Below, piece by piece: positions 41,226 to 51,084 of a stretch of 64,000 bases of DNA. The stretch's first letter is position 1; every line of letters begins with the position of its first letter. Under the pieces are notes generated by a model, which ran no database searches, had not been told where the DNA came from, and saw nothing but the letters and a program-made list of their open reading frames with translations. Source of the stretch: Treponemataceae bacterium (lineage in GTDB: Bacteria > Spirochaetota > Spirochaetia > Treponematales > Rectinemataceae); assembly GCA_963678065.2 (NCBI GenBank), contig CAXXVZ010000003.1, positions 352,001 through 416,000 on the forward strand, given 5' to 3'. Position numbers and translations under genes: made by a program.

Positions 41226-41641
41226 GCTACATTCTCTCCGGCCATGCACAGCCATTCGGCTTCCACGGCGATTTCGCCTCCGACATAACCAACGCCCCGC
41301 TGGTGCGAAAAGCGTGAACTGGCCTTGATGTTCTCGATGACCATCCTGACAGTGTCGCCTGGCCGGACCTGGCGCCTGAAGCGGGCTTCCTTAACTTTTG
41401 CGAGGAAGAAAGTTCCCTCCGGCTTTATGCCCATTTTTTTCATTCCGACCCCGCCCGCCTGGGCGAGGCTCTCGATGAGGATCACACCCGGAACGACGGG
41501 GTAGGGAGGGAAATGGCCGGCAAATAAAGGTTCCGTGGCAGGCCAGTACTGTGTGGCTACGATTTTGCCGTTCTCGATTTCCACGGTGTCGATGAAGAGG
41601 AAGGGCGCCCGGTGTGGCAGCCAGTTTTCAATGTCGCTCAT
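41222..41641 (-). CDS. fabZ: 3-hydroxyacyl-ACP dehydratase
   Basis: LPHRAPFLFID, FAGHFP, PGVILIESLAQ, FRRQVRPGD. Confidence 0.93.
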   Translation of the reverse strand: MSDIENWLPHRAPFLFIDTVEIENGKIVATQYWPATEPLFAGHFPPYPVVPGVILIESLAQAGGVGMKKMGIKPEGTFFLAKVKEARFRRQVRPGDTVRMVIENIKASSRFSHQRGVGYVGGEIAVEAEWLCMAGENVA

Positions 41642-41704
41642 CGCATTCTCCTTGTAATCCGCGCGGCTTCCGGAAAACCGGTCTCCCACATCGACGGAAT
41701 CCTT

Positions 41705-42793
41705 TCAAGGTTTCGCCGATGACTCATATTCCTCGACGAGGGAGTCTATGAGTTCCTGGACACGCAGGATTTTGGTCACTCTCCACGCATTTGCGCCCGC
41801 GAATGCGAAGCCGTGGCTGAGACGGCCCTTCTGCGCGTTCAAAAGCGCGAGCGAAATGCAGTAGGGAGCCTTTTCGTAGTCACAGGTTATTATACAATGG
41901 TAGGGGCATGAATAGGGGCTCAGCTTGCCTTCCGCCACATCCGCAAGGAATTTATTGCCGATCGCGCGACCGGGCATTCCGACCGGACTCTTTATGATGG
42001 TGAGATCCTTCTCTTCGGCCTCGATGTAGCTTCGCTTGAAGGCGATGTCGGCATCGCACTCCTCCGTGGCGACGAAGCGCGTGGCCATCTGGACGCCCGC
42101 CGCGCCCAATTCGAGGAATTTGCGGATGTCGGCCCCGGTGTAGATTCCTCCGCCCGCTATGACTGGGATACGGCGCCCTGCCACTTTCTCGAAAGGTTTG
42201 ACAGCCTCGATCACGTCGACGACGATTTTCTCCAGGGCATAGTCGGGATCGTCGATCTGTTCGGCCTTGAAGCCGAGGTGGCCGCCCGCGAGGGGGCCCT
42301 CGACGACAAAGCCGTCAGGAACGTAGTCGTACTTGTCCTTCCAGCGTTTTGCGAGAAGGCTCGCGGCCCTGCCCGATGAGACGATGGGCACGAGTTTTGT
42401 GTGCCTGCTCGTTCCCAGGTATTCGGGAAGGTTTACCGGAAGTCCGGCCCCTGAAAAGATGATGTCGATCTTTTCCGCGATGGCCGTTTTGACGAGATTC
42501 GCGAAATCGCTCAGGGCGACCATTATGTTCACGCCGAGGATGCCTTGGGTCATGCTTCTCGCCTTGCGGATCTCATTTCTGAGTGCCCTTATGTTGGCCT
42601 CGGCGAAGTTCACGAACCCATCCGGCTCCAGAAGGCCGATTCCCGCGGCGGCGATGACGCCTATGCCTCCTGAGTTGGCCGTTGCCGACGCAAGCCCCGC
42701 GAGGGAAATACCGACGCCCATTCCCCCCTGAACGATAGGGATCTTCGCTTCGAAACCGCCGATAATCAAGGATTTGAGGGTAGTTGTGCTCAT
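41705..42793 (-). CDS. fabX: FMN-dependent nitronate-monooxygenase-family protein, FabX-like
   Basis: PIVQGGMGVGIS, EGPLAGGH, GVQMATRF, SPVGMPGRAI and C-terminal CPYHCIITC-x7-C; located inside the fab cluster. Confidence 0.7.
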   Translation of the reverse strand: MSTTTLKSLIIGGFEAKIPIVQGGMGVGISLAGLASATANSGGIGVIAAAGIGLLEPDGFVNFAEANIRALRNEIRKARSMTQGILGVNIMVALSDFANLVKTAIAEKIDIIFSGAGLPVNLPEYLGTSRHTKLVPIVSSGRAASLLAKRWKDKYDYVPDGFVVEGPLAGGHLGFKAEQIDDPDYALEKIVVDVIEAVKPFEKVAGRRIPVIAGGGIYTGADIRKFLELGAAGVQMATRFVATEECDADIAFKRSYIEAEEKDLTIIKSPVGMPGRAIGNKFLADVAEGKLSPYSCPYHCIITCDYEKAPYCISLALLNAQKGRLSHGFAFAGANAWRVTKILRVQELIDSLVEEYESSAKP

Positions 42794-42802
42794 GGTTATG
42801 AC

Positions 42803-44107
42803 CTATTCCGCTTTGCGGAAAACGAGGGCGCCATTGTGCCCGCCGAAACCGAGTGACGCTGAGACGGCTGCGTGGATGTCGCTGCGTACGGCCTTGTTCG
42901 GGATGTAATCCAGGTCGCATCCCGCTTCGATATCGGGATTGTCCAGGTTGATCGTCGGGGGCAGAATACCTTCCTTCAGCGCGAGTGTGCAGATGACTGC
43001 CTCGACTGCACCTGCTGCGGCGACGCAGTGTCCTGTCATGCTCTTCGTGGATGATATTTTTAGTTTTTTCGCGTGATCGAGGAACGCTTTCTTGATCATC
43101 AGGGTTTCGATCTGGTCGTTGAGCTGCGTCGAAGTCCCGTGCGCGTTGTAATACCCGATATCTTCGCGTGCGAGGCCGGCGTCTTCGAGGGCGAGGGTGA
43201 TGGCGCGGGCGCCACCCTTGCCTTCAGGATCGGGGGCGGTGAGGTGGTAGGCGTCGCATGTGGCTGCATACCCCGCAAGTTCGGCGTGGATGCGCGCACC
43301 GCGTGCCATGGCTCTGTCGTAATCCTCGAGGATGAGCATTCCCGCGCCCTCGCCCATGACGAAGCCTTCACGGGCTTTGTCGAAGGGCCTGGAGGCTTTT
43401 TCGGGATTGTCGTTGTTCGCGGTCGAGAGCGCCTGGAGGCGGCAGAATCCCCCCATGGCGAATTCCGTCACGGCGGCTTCCGTGCCACCAGCGATGGCCA
43501 TATCGCACCGCCCTGAGCGGATCATGTCCATCGCCTGGCCGATGGCGTCGGTTCCGGAAGCGCAGGCCGTGGCCTGAGTGAAGGCGGCTCCCGTAACCCC
43601 CAGCCGCATGGAAATATTGGCCGCGGCTTCGTTGATGATCATGAGGGGAACTGTCATGGGAAGCATGCGTCCCGGGCCGGCTTCGAGGAGTTTTTTGTAG
43701 GACTCCTGGAATATCTCGAGTCCGCCTATGCCGTTTCCGATGACAGTCGCTATCCGCTCGGGCGGATAGGGCATGGAGGCGCGACCCTCCGTGCCTTCAT
43801 CGGACTCGGAAGAAGGAGCATCGTTCTTGTCCGGAAGGCCGGCATCCCTCCATGCCTGGACGGCGGCCGCGACGGCGAACTGGGAAAAGAGGGCCATCTT
43901 CCTGGCTTCTTTTTTGTCCATGTAGAGCGATGGGTCGAAGTTCTTGACCTCGGCGGCGATGCGGGAGTCGAGCCTCGAAGCATCAAAGCGCGTGACCGGG
44001 CCGACGCCGCTCTTCCCTGCCACGAGGGATTCCCAGAACGTGGCTATGTCGTTTCCGATAGGACTGATTATTCCGAGACCGATGATGGCGATTCGTTTTT
44101 TCTGCAA
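42803..44107 (-). CDS. fabF: 3-oxoacyl-ACP synthase II
   Basis: TACASG (Cys), NAHGTST, STKSMTGH, SLGFGGHN; TTG start. Confidence 0.95.
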   Translation of the reverse strand: MQKKRIAIIGLGIISPIGNDIATFWESLVAGKSGVGPVTRFDASRLDSRIAAEVKNFDPSLYMDKKEARKMALFSQFAVAAAVQAWRDAGLPDKNDAPSSESDEGTEGRASMPYPPERIATVIGNGIGGLEIFQESYKKLLEAGPGRMLPMTVPLMIINEAAANISMRLGVTGAAFTQATACASGTDAIGQAMDMIRSGRCDMAIAGGTEAAVTEFAMGGFCRLQALSTANNDNPEKASRPFDKAREGFVMGEGAGMLILEDYDRAMARGARIHAELAGYAATCDAYHLTAPDPEGKGGARAITLALEDAGLAREDIGYYNAHGTSTQLNDQIETLMIKKAFLDHAKKLKISSTKSMTGHCVAAAGAVEAVICTLALKEGILPPTINLDNPDIEAGCDLDYIPNKAVRSDIHAAVSASLGFGGHNGALVFRKAE

Positions 44108-44182
44108 GCGGTACCTCCGGGTGCAGGACTTTGATCTATGGTTCCGGACAGCGGTCCCGCGTCGCGTTCCGGCAATTGCTTT

Positions 44183-45160
44183 CTACCAGCGTATGATGGT
44201 GGCACCGTAGGTCATGCCGGCGCCGAAACCGAGGAGCATTATGAGATCGTTCTGTTTCAGGAGACCTTTTTCGGACATCTCGCCGAGGGCGATCGGGATG
44301 CTCGCTGCAGAGGTGTTCGCGTATTCGTCCAGGTTGAGGTAGAATTTCTCCTCGGGGATGCCGAAACGTTTTCCAGCCGATTGCACGATGCGGGCGTTGG
44401 CCTGGTGCGGCACGATCCACGCGAAGTCTTCGAGCCTGTATGCTGCGGCGTGCATGATCCTCTCAATCAGGACAGTGATCGATTTTACCGCGAAGTTGTA
44501 GACATTCTTGCCGTTCATGGAGATGACCGGCGCGAGCGGGACTTCATGGCCAAAAGTCTTTGTGCGTCCGGCCTGAACGAGGACGAGGTCTTTTGCCCCG
44601 CCGCCATCGGCGCCAAGGATGGTTTTCAGCATACCGCGCCCGGATTCTTCGATCCTGGAGAGGACAGCGGCGCCTGCCCCGTCTCCAAAGAGCACGCAGG
44701 TCGATCTGTCCGTCCAATCCGTGACCCGAGAGAGCGCCTCCGCGCCGATCACGAGGGCATTCCGCGCCTTTTTCGCTTCGAGCATCGAAGAGGCCACATC
44801 GAGCGCGTAGATGAACCCGGTGCAGCCGGCGGTTAGGTCGAAGGCGGCGCAGCCGTGGGCTCCGATCTTGTCCTGCACGATGCAGGCTGTCGCAGGAAAC
44901 CCGAAATAATCCGGCGTGGCAGTGGCAACGATGAGGATGTCGATCTCATGGACGCTCACATGCGCTTTCTCGAGGGCCGCTCTGGCTGCGTCTGCCGCCA
45001 TGTCGCTCGTCAGGACGCCGTCGGCGGCGAAATGCCTGTTTTTTATTCCTGTGTGACTGACTATCCACTCGTCGGTCGTGTCGACGATCCCGGCAAGTTC
45101 TTCGTTCGTCATCCGCCGCTCGGGGATATAGGTTCCGATGGAACGCAGCACTACGGACAT
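44183..45160 (-). CDS. fabH: 3-oxoacyl-ACP synthase III
   Basis: DTTDEWI, AGCTGF, LFGDGAGA, PHQANARI, ANTSAASIP, GFGAG. Confidence 0.95.
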   Translation of the reverse strand: MSVVLRSIGTYIPERRMTNEELAGIVDTTDEWIVSHTGIKNRHFAADGVLTSDMAADAARAALEKAHVSVHEIDILIVATATPDYFGFPATACIVQDKIGAHGCAAFDLTAGCTGFIYALDVASSMLEAKKARNALVIGAEALSRVTDWTDRSTCVLFGDGAGAAVLSRIEESGRGMLKTILGADGGGAKDLVLVQAGRTKTFGHEVPLAPVISMNGKNVYNFAVKSITVLIERIMHAAAYRLEDFAWIVPHQANARIVQSAGKRFGIPEEKFYLNLDEYANTSAASIPIALGEMSEKGLLKQNDLIMLLGFGAGMTYGATIIRW

Positions 45161-45167
45161 GGTAGCT

Positions 45168-45206
45168 CCTCATCGTGACACAATGTTGTATTGTGTCACG
45201 ATGAGG
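45168..45206. promoter_or_regulatory. Perfect 17-bp inverted repeat upstream of fabH (operator or RBS-occluding hairpin)
   Basis: CCTCATCGTGACACAAT-GTTGT-ATTGTGTCACGATGAGG. Confidence 0.7.
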
Positions 45207-45208
45207 GG

Positions 45209-45237
45209 AGAATGTCGATTTTTTTGCAAAAAGTCAA
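45209..45237 (-). promoter_or_regulatory. Putative fab operon promoter
   Basis: Minus strand TTGACT (45237-45232), 17 bp, CATTCT (45214-45209). Confidence 0.4.
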
Positions 45238-45259
45238 TACGACAATAATCGTAAATATG

Positions 45260-46609
45260 TCACGATCTGTTCTGTGCAGGTTTCAAACCAGGCTCGCGCG
45301 GCCCCAATCCGGAAATGCTGATTATCGCGGAAACGACGATGCCGGCAAAAGCCATCAGCTTCTGGGAATCAGGGGAAGTCAAGAAATTGCCCGCGAATCC
45401 GAGGATGTAGCCTGTCGCTATCGCCGCAAAAATGAAGGCGGGGCGGATGGTTCTCGTTTTCCAGAACATGATGACCACGAACAGCGCAGGCACGAGACCC
45501 GATGTATAACCCTGGTATGTCTTGAGGAGTAGTCCGACAATGTCTGTCTCGTAGAGGGCTATGAGGGCAGCTATGCCGGCCACGGCCGCTATCCAGACAC
45601 GGGTGCGGGCCATCGAGGAGCCTCCGATGAGATCCTTTTCCAGGACGCCGGCAGCGGTCAGCAGCACGGTGTCGGCGGTGGAGAGGATGGCGGCGAGGAT
45701 GCCGAAGAGCATGACGACGCCGAGCCAGCCCGGCAGGACGCTCTTGATGATGGCGTTCAGCGGGTCCATCTTTCCCGCGTCAAAACCGCTCGCCCGGGCC
45801 CAGAGTCCAATGAAGGTGATGGCGAAGGCGAAGAGGAGCATGCCGGTTCCGCTCAGGAAGGAGGATGACCGGGCGCTCTTCGGTGTTTTCGCCGAGAGTA
45901 TGCGGCCGAACATCATGGGGCAGATGAAGTACGAGCCGGCGACCACGACGAGGTAGTAGGCGAGGTCGAGCGGACCGAAGGAGGTGTTGAACAATTCGAT
46001 GGAGAGGCTTCCCGGAGCGGGCGTTCTGGCTGCGTAGAGCCAGACCACGACGGCGATGATGGCCACCGCAAGAACGCCGAATTGCAGGAAATCGGTCCGC
46101 AGGACGGATTTCTGCCCTCCGATCAGTGTATAGACGACGAGGAAGAGCGCTGAAAGCAGAACGGCGCTGCCGTGGTCGAGCCCCGTCATGGTCCCGACTA
46201 CTTTGCTGGCCGCGAGGAACTGGCCTGCCGCAATGCCCGTCCAGGTGAGTACGATGATGAGGGCAACAAGCTTGCGCACGGCGGGACCTGCGAGCTTGCC
46301 GGCCAGGTCTGGCAGAGTGACAGACTCGGTCTCGCGCACCCGTGCAGACAGGAATGCTCCCTGGAGGAAGTGGGCAAATGCGCCCGCCGCCACGAACCAG
46401 AATGCGGGAAAGCCCATCGAGAAGGCCTTCCCCACGGTGCCGATCGTGATCCCGCCTCCGATAGTGGAGGCGAGCATAGACGCTACGATGAGAAACCGTG
46501 GCTGGTTTCTTCCTGCAATGAGAAAATTCTCGAGACTGTCGTTGTATCGAAGGGACAACAGCGCGATGCCGAGGAGAACCGCGCAATATATCGCGAGGAA
46601 CCAGACCAT
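45260..46609 (-). CDS. Sodium:solute symporter family protein
   Basis: FLIAGR, YTLIGGQKSVLRTD, AAILSTADT; about 13 TM. Confidence 0.88.
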   Translation of the reverse strand: MVWFLAIYCAVLLGIALLSLRYNDSLENFLIAGRNQPRFLIVASMLASTIGGGITIGTVGKAFSMGFPAFWFVAAGAFAHFLQGAFLSARVRETESVTLPDLAGKLAGPAVRKLVALIIVLTWTGIAAGQFLAASKVVGTMTGLDHGSAVLLSALFLVVYTLIGGQKSVLRTDFLQFGVLAVAIIAVVVWLYAARTPAPGSLSIELFNTSFGPLDLAYYLVVVAGSYFICPMMFGRILSAKTPKSARSSSFLSGTGMLLFAFAITFIGLWARASGFDAGKMDPLNAIIKSVLPGWLGVVMLFGILAAILSTADTVLLTAAGVLEKDLIGGSSMARTRVWIAAVAGIAALIALYETDIVGLLLKTYQGYTSGLVPALFVVIMFWKTRTIRPAFIFAAIATGYILGFAGNFLTSPDSQKLMAFAGIVVSAIISISGLGPREPGLKPAQNRS

Positions 46610-46633
46610 GCACCACCTCCGGGAGGGCCGATA

Positions 46634-48664
46634 TTAGACAGCGCCTTCCACAGAGTCAACAGGCTTGTCGGGGGATTCATCTTCAGCCTGGCCTGTTTCC
46701 AGGGATGCGTCACCCTTTTCTTTTTCGCAGCCTTCTCCTGTCCGGGCAGAGTTGACGAGGTTGTTGAACTCGCATTCCTCGACGACTTCCTTCTCGAGGA
46801 GTATGAGGGCGAGCCTATCGAGGAGATCGCGCCTCTGCGAGAGCATCGTCACGACTCTGTCGTACCTGACGGCCATGATGCGCGCCATTTCCTCGTCTAT
46901 GTAGCGCTGGGTTTCCTCGCTGTATTCGCGGGAAAAAACAGGTTCGTTGCCAGCCGCGCCTCCGAGGCCCCTCCTGCTCAGGGCGACATGGCGGAAGCGC
47001 TCGGACATGCCATAGTCGGTGATCATGCGCTTCGCGATGTCCGTAGCCCGCGCGATGTCGTTCGAGGCGCCGGTGGAGATGCTGCCGAATACGATTTCCT
47101 CGGCGGCCCGCCCGCCGAGCAGCATGTCGATCTGTCCGAGGAGTTCGGCCTCCGAGACGATGTATCTGTCCTCGAGCGGAAGCTGGAGTGTGTAGCCGAG
47201 AGCGCTGAGACCGCGAGGGATTATCGATATTTTGCGCACTGGATCAGCGCCGGGCGTGAAGGCCGCGACGAGGGCGTGACCGCACTCGTGGTAGGCTACT
47301 GTCCTTCGCTCGTTCACGTTGATCACCCGGCTTTTCTTTTCGAGTCCGGCCACGATTTTCTCGATGGCATCGTTGAAATCGCCCTGATTGACCTTCTTGC
47401 GCCCCGATCGCACCGCGAGGAGGGCCGCCTCGTTGACGAGGTTGGCGAGATCGGCGCCCACGAATCCGGGCGTTCCCCTCGCTATTTTGGCGATGTCGAC
47501 CGTATCGTCGAGTTTGACGGCCTTTGAGTGGATTTTGAGTATGGCTTCCCTGCCGGGGAGGTCAGGACGGTCGACGAGGACCTGGCGATCGAAGCGACCG
47601 GGGCGGAGGAGGGCAGTGTCGAGGACATCGGGGCGGTTTGTGGCCGCGAGGATGATGAGACCGCTCGTGGCGTCGAAGCCATCCATCTCTATGAGGAGCT
47701 GGTTGAGGGTCTGTTCGCGTTCATCGTTTCCACCCATGACTCCGTTCGTGCGGCTCTTCCCTAGGGCATCAAGCTCATCGATAAAGACGATGCAGGGAGC
47801 TCTGTCCCGGGCTTGCTTGAAGAGGTCGCGAACTCGTGCCGCTCCCACACCGACGAACATTTCCACGAATTCCGCCCCGCTCATGCGGAAAAAAGGAACG
47901 TTCGCCTCACCGGCCACCGCGCGCGCGAGGAGGGTCTTGCCGGTTCCCGGCGGGCCGACAAGGAGGACTCCCTTGGGTATCTTGCCGCCGATATCGGTGT
48001 ATTTCTTGGGGCTGCGAAGGAAATCGATGACTTCGACGAGTTCGGCCTTCGCCTCGTCGACCCCTGCAACGTCTCCGAAACGTGTCTTGATGTCCCCTTC
48101 GGCCACGACAGTCGCCTTGTTCTGTCCGAAGGCCAGGACATTGGAGTTGGGGTTGGACATCCGCTTTCCGATCATGCGCCACACGAAGAACATCGCTCCG
48201 AAGGGTAGAAGCCAGTTGAGCACGAAGGAGAGGACAGCGTTGCCCTCGCGCGGGGAGGCTGAGTAGATGACACCTTTTTTGTCCAGAAGCGCGGTGAATC
48301 CGGGATCGGGAACGGGAACTGCCTTGAATATGGCGCCACCGCGCGTAGTGGCCGGCAAAGGCGAGGCGGGGGCCTGGTTCTGGGCATCCAAGTAGCCCGT
48401 ATAATAGTTGTTGTCCATCTCGACGCGGCGGATTTCTCCCGATTCGATCTTGGTCTTGAAACTGCTGTATGGAATAACCGTATTGTCAGAGCGAAAGAGC
48501 ACATAATTGAAGAGGCTCACGAGGATAACCATGAGCGTGAGATATCCCAGAGGAAGGCGGAATTGTATTCCACCCATGTCCGGACGTTTTTTGGGATCGT
48601 TTTTTCCGTTTTTGGATGTCGGAAGCGGAATTTTTTCCTTCCATCCAGGTTTTTTAGAAGCCAT
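46634..48664 (-). CDS. ftsH: ATP-dependent zinc metalloprotease FtsH
   Basis: 2 [23 protein letters not shown]...RPGRFDR, HECGH. Confidence 0.97.
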   Translation of the reverse strand: MASKKPGWKEKIPLPTSKNGKNDPKKRPDMGGIQFRLPLGYLTLMVILVSLFNYVLFRSDNTVIPYSSFKTKIESGEIRRVEMDNNYYTGYLDAQNQAPASPLPATTRGGAIFKAVPVPDPGFTALLDKKGVIYSASPREGNAVLSFVLNWLLPFGAMFFVWRMIGKRMSNPNSNVLAFGQNKATVVAEGDIKTRFGDVAGVDEAKAELVEVIDFLRSPKKYTDIGGKIPKGVLLVGPPGTGKTLLARAVAGEANVPFFRMSGAEFVEMFVGVGAARVRDLFKQARDRAPCIVFIDELDALGKSRTNGVMGGNDEREQTLNQLLIEMDGFDATSGLIILAATNRPDVLDTALLRPGRFDRQVLVDRPDLPGREAILKIHSKAVKLDDTVDIAKIARGTPGFVGADLANLVNEAALLAVRSGRKKVNQGDFNDAIEKIVAGLEKKSRVINVNERRTVAYHECGHALVAAFTPGADPVRKISIIPRGLSALGYTLQLPLEDRYIVSEAELLGQIDMLLGGRAAEEIVFGSISTGASNDIARATDIAKRMITDYGMSERFRHVALSRRGLGGAAGNEPVFSREYSEETQRYIDEEMARIMAVRYDRVVTMLSQRRDLLDRLALILLEKEVVEECEFNNLVNSARTGEGCEKEKGDASLETGQAEDESPDKPVDSVEGAV

Positions 48665-48743
48665 GTCAACTCCTTCACCTAGAATGTACCGCCCCGGCGA
48701 CGGGTCGGCTAGACCGCACTTCGTCTTTGTTCGTCTATCAGCC

Positions 48744-48772
48744 TTGACCCCCTGAGGGTTTTTCCATATATT
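48744..48772 (+). promoter_or_regulatory. sigma70 promoter of groES
   Basis: TTGACC, 17 bp, TATATT. Confidence 0.6.
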
Positions 48773-48820
48773 TCACTCGTACTTAAAACTAACTCAACAG
48801 ATTTTCAGGAGGAATACCGT

Positions 48821-49087
48821 ATGAACGTCAAACCGTTGGGCGATCGCGTTCTCATCAAGATCAAGGAGAGCGAGTCCAAAACTGCTGGCGGAATCATCAT
48901 TCCGCAGACCGCCCAGGAGAAGACCCAGACCGGTATCGTTGTCGCCGTCGGCACGGACACTGAAGTGATCAAAGTGAAGGCCAATGACGAAGTCATGTAC
49001 GACAAGTATGCCGGAACCCAGATCAAGGTGAACGGAGTCGAGCACCTTCTGGTCAAGATGGGCGACATTCTCGCAGTTCTTGAATGA
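48821..49087 (+). CDS. groES: Co-chaperonin GroES
   Basis: KPLGDRVLI, KTAGGIIIP, KYAGT. Confidence 0.97.
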   Translation: MNVKPLGDRVLIKIKESESKTAGGIIIPQTAQEKTQTGIVVAVGTDTEVIKVKANDEVMYDKYAGTQIKVNGVEHLLVKMGDILAVLE

Positions 49088-49103
49088 AAAAGGGCTGAAA
49101 AAC

Positions 49104-49133
49104 AAAAACCGCTCCTCGTGGAGCGGTTTTTTT
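49104..49133. terminator. Bidirectional intrinsic terminator
   Basis: AAAAACCGCTCC-TCGT-GGAGCGGTTTTTTT. Confidence 0.85.
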
Positions 49134-49230
49134 ATTGTCTTGTGGCCAGAGAGGCATCGCGGAGGCCTGGCCCTCGTGTCGGGCCCGGCCGCTTTTGCAG
49201 ACAGAATCCTCCTCCTGTCGCGCCGCTGGT

Positions 49231-49677
49231 TCAGGAAAGAAGGATGTCGACGACCTCCTGTGGAGTTGTCGCGGCGAGTATCGCGTTCCTCTTTTCTGCG
49301 CTTTTGAACAGCTTGCTGACCTCCGCGAGGAACTGGAGGTGGGGGCCGGTCTTGTCGGCCGGAGAAATGGTCATGATGAAAATGCGGCAGGGCTCCCGAT
49401 CAAGGGCATCGAAGTCAACACCCTTGTCCGCAATGCCGACGCAGGCAACAAGCTCCGAGACGGAATTGGTCTTCCCGTGAGGAATAGCGATGCCATGTTT
49501 CATGCCAGTGCTCATCCGTCGCTCGCGCTCAAGGACGGAAAGCTTGACGGAAACCGGATCCGTGATCTTGCCGCAGGCCGAGGCAACGGCTATCAGTTCA
49601 TCGATTATCGCTTCTTTGGTTGTACCTTGAAGGTGAAGGGCCACGTTTTCCGGGCCGAGAACGTTCTTGAGGCTCAT
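49231..49677 (-). CDS. Stand-alone PTS EIIA (fructose/Ntr type)
   Basis: RERRMSTG...GIAIPHG phospho-His motif. Confidence 0.9.
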   Translation of the reverse strand: MSLKNVLGPENVALHLQGTTKEAIIDELIAVASACGKITDPVSVKLSVLERERRMSTGMKHGIAIPHGKTNSVSELVACVGIADKGVDFDALDREPCRIFIMTISPADKTGPHLQFLAEVSKLFKSAEKRNAILAATTPQEVVDILLS

Positions 49678-49749
49678 TAGGCCATTCTATGATTGCCCGA
49701 CACAGACGTCAAGACTCGATTCCCGATAAAAAGAGAGATGACTTTTTGC

Positions 49750-50979
49750 CTAGATGTAGAACCGGGCTTCCTTTTCCGCACACAATCCGTCCTTTCTGGC
49801 GATTATGAGATTGGCGCATCCGGCCCAGAGTGTGTCGATGAAAGATCCGGCCGCGACCAGGGGGAAGGCGACGGGGACGATGATGAGGTATCCGTTGTCG
49901 AATCCCCTTCCGTAGAGTGCACACAAGACCATGAGGGCCGTCATCGCGCCATTGCGGGGGGCCGCCCCGACTATGAGTGTCAACAGGGGTGTCATGGCGA
50001 GAATCCAGAGAAAGCTCGAAGTCGAGATTCCCAGGTTGGAATACGATGAAAGAATAACGATGAATGAGGTAGAGGTCACGAGGGCCGTGCCGACCCGGCC
50101 GAAGAGTATCGCGAAGGGGATGGCCAGAGCATTGGATCTTCGCCTGATGCCCAGGTTTTCCTTGGCATGTTTCTGCAGGACGCCCATCGAGAAATAGACA
50201 TCGCCGGAAACGAGAGAGGCGAGGGCGGGCGCGGCGAGCCCATAGAGCGTGGGAAAGGGGTTCTTGTGGCCGCCGAACAGCCAGAGGATGGCGGGAATGA
50301 TTATGAACGACGACAGAAAGAGCTCAAAACCGATAGTTCCGAGGAGCGGGCGGTAAATCGTCTGGTCCATCCCCGCGAGTATGGAGGAGACCGCCTTGGT
50401 CGATGCTGCTATGAGCAGGATGCCCATGAATTCCGCGAAAAAGGAATTGATCTGGTAGAAGATGCGGGAGAAAGAATCGAAGAGGGTGACGGCTGGTTTT
50501 GTGACGACCCGGTCGTGGCAGAATGCCAGGCCAAGAACCAAGGCGAGCACGAATAAGGGAAGAAGATAGCCTCCGGCCGAGCCGAGAACTGCGAACATGT
50601 TGTCCGTGAAGACCGCGGAAAGGACTTCCTTCAGCCCGGGAACAGCAGCGGCTTCGGCTCCGGCGACGAGAGGGATTCTCGCGGGATTCATGAAAGCTGC
50701 GATTCCGACACCGATCATGGAAAAGAAAACGCCCGACAGCAGAAGGAGGAGGAATGTCTTGCCTGTATCCTTCCAGAATCCTTTGTTCTCGAATTGCTCA
50801 TAGACGGCGATGGGGACGGAGAAGAGGATGAGGGGGGCGAGCGCGTACCGCCCTATGTTCATCGATATATCGAAGAGAAACTTGGTTGTCTCTTGTACGG
50901 CGGGATTCTCTTTCGGCAGGGCGAGTGAGAGAAGTACGCCGAGCACGGTTCCCAGCAGGTATTTCAACCAGAGTTTCAT
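49750..50979 (-). CDS. Dicarboxylate/amino acid:cation symporter (DAACS) family, divergent
   Basis: Multi-TM profile and overall layout (FTDNMF, LFVLALVLG, KENLGI); family motifs degenerate. Confidence 0.7.
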   Translation of the reverse strand: MKLWLKYLLGTVLGVLLSLALPKENPAVQETTKFLFDISMNIGRYALAPLILFSVPIAVYEQFENKGFWKDTGKTFLLLLLSGVFFSMIGVGIAAFMNPARIPLVAGAEAAAVPGLKEVLSAVFTDNMFAVLGSAGGYLLPLFVLALVLGLAFCHDRVVTKPAVTLFDSFSRIFYQINSFFAEFMGILLIAASTKAVSSILAGMDQTIYRPLLGTIGFELFLSSFIIIPAILWLFGGHKNPFPTLYGLAAPALASLVSGDVYFSMGVLQKHAKENLGIRRRSNALAIPFAILFGRVGTALVTSTSFIVILSSYSNLGISTSSFLWILAMTPLLTLIVGAAPRNGAMTALMVLCALYGRGFDNGYLIIVPVAFPLVAAGSFIDTLWAGCANLIIARKDGLCAEKEARFYI

Positions 50980-51084
50980 GCCATGAGCATAGCCCTCGGC
51001 CGTCGACGGGTCAACGGACCACATTGCCGCAACAGACCTTCGCAGGCTTGAGTCCAGTCCGGATTGGCATTATCCTTATCAGAG

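Noticed and set aside
48770..48800. CIRCE element before groES
   Set aside because: Only a partial left arm (TTTCACTC); no GAGTGCTAA right arm.
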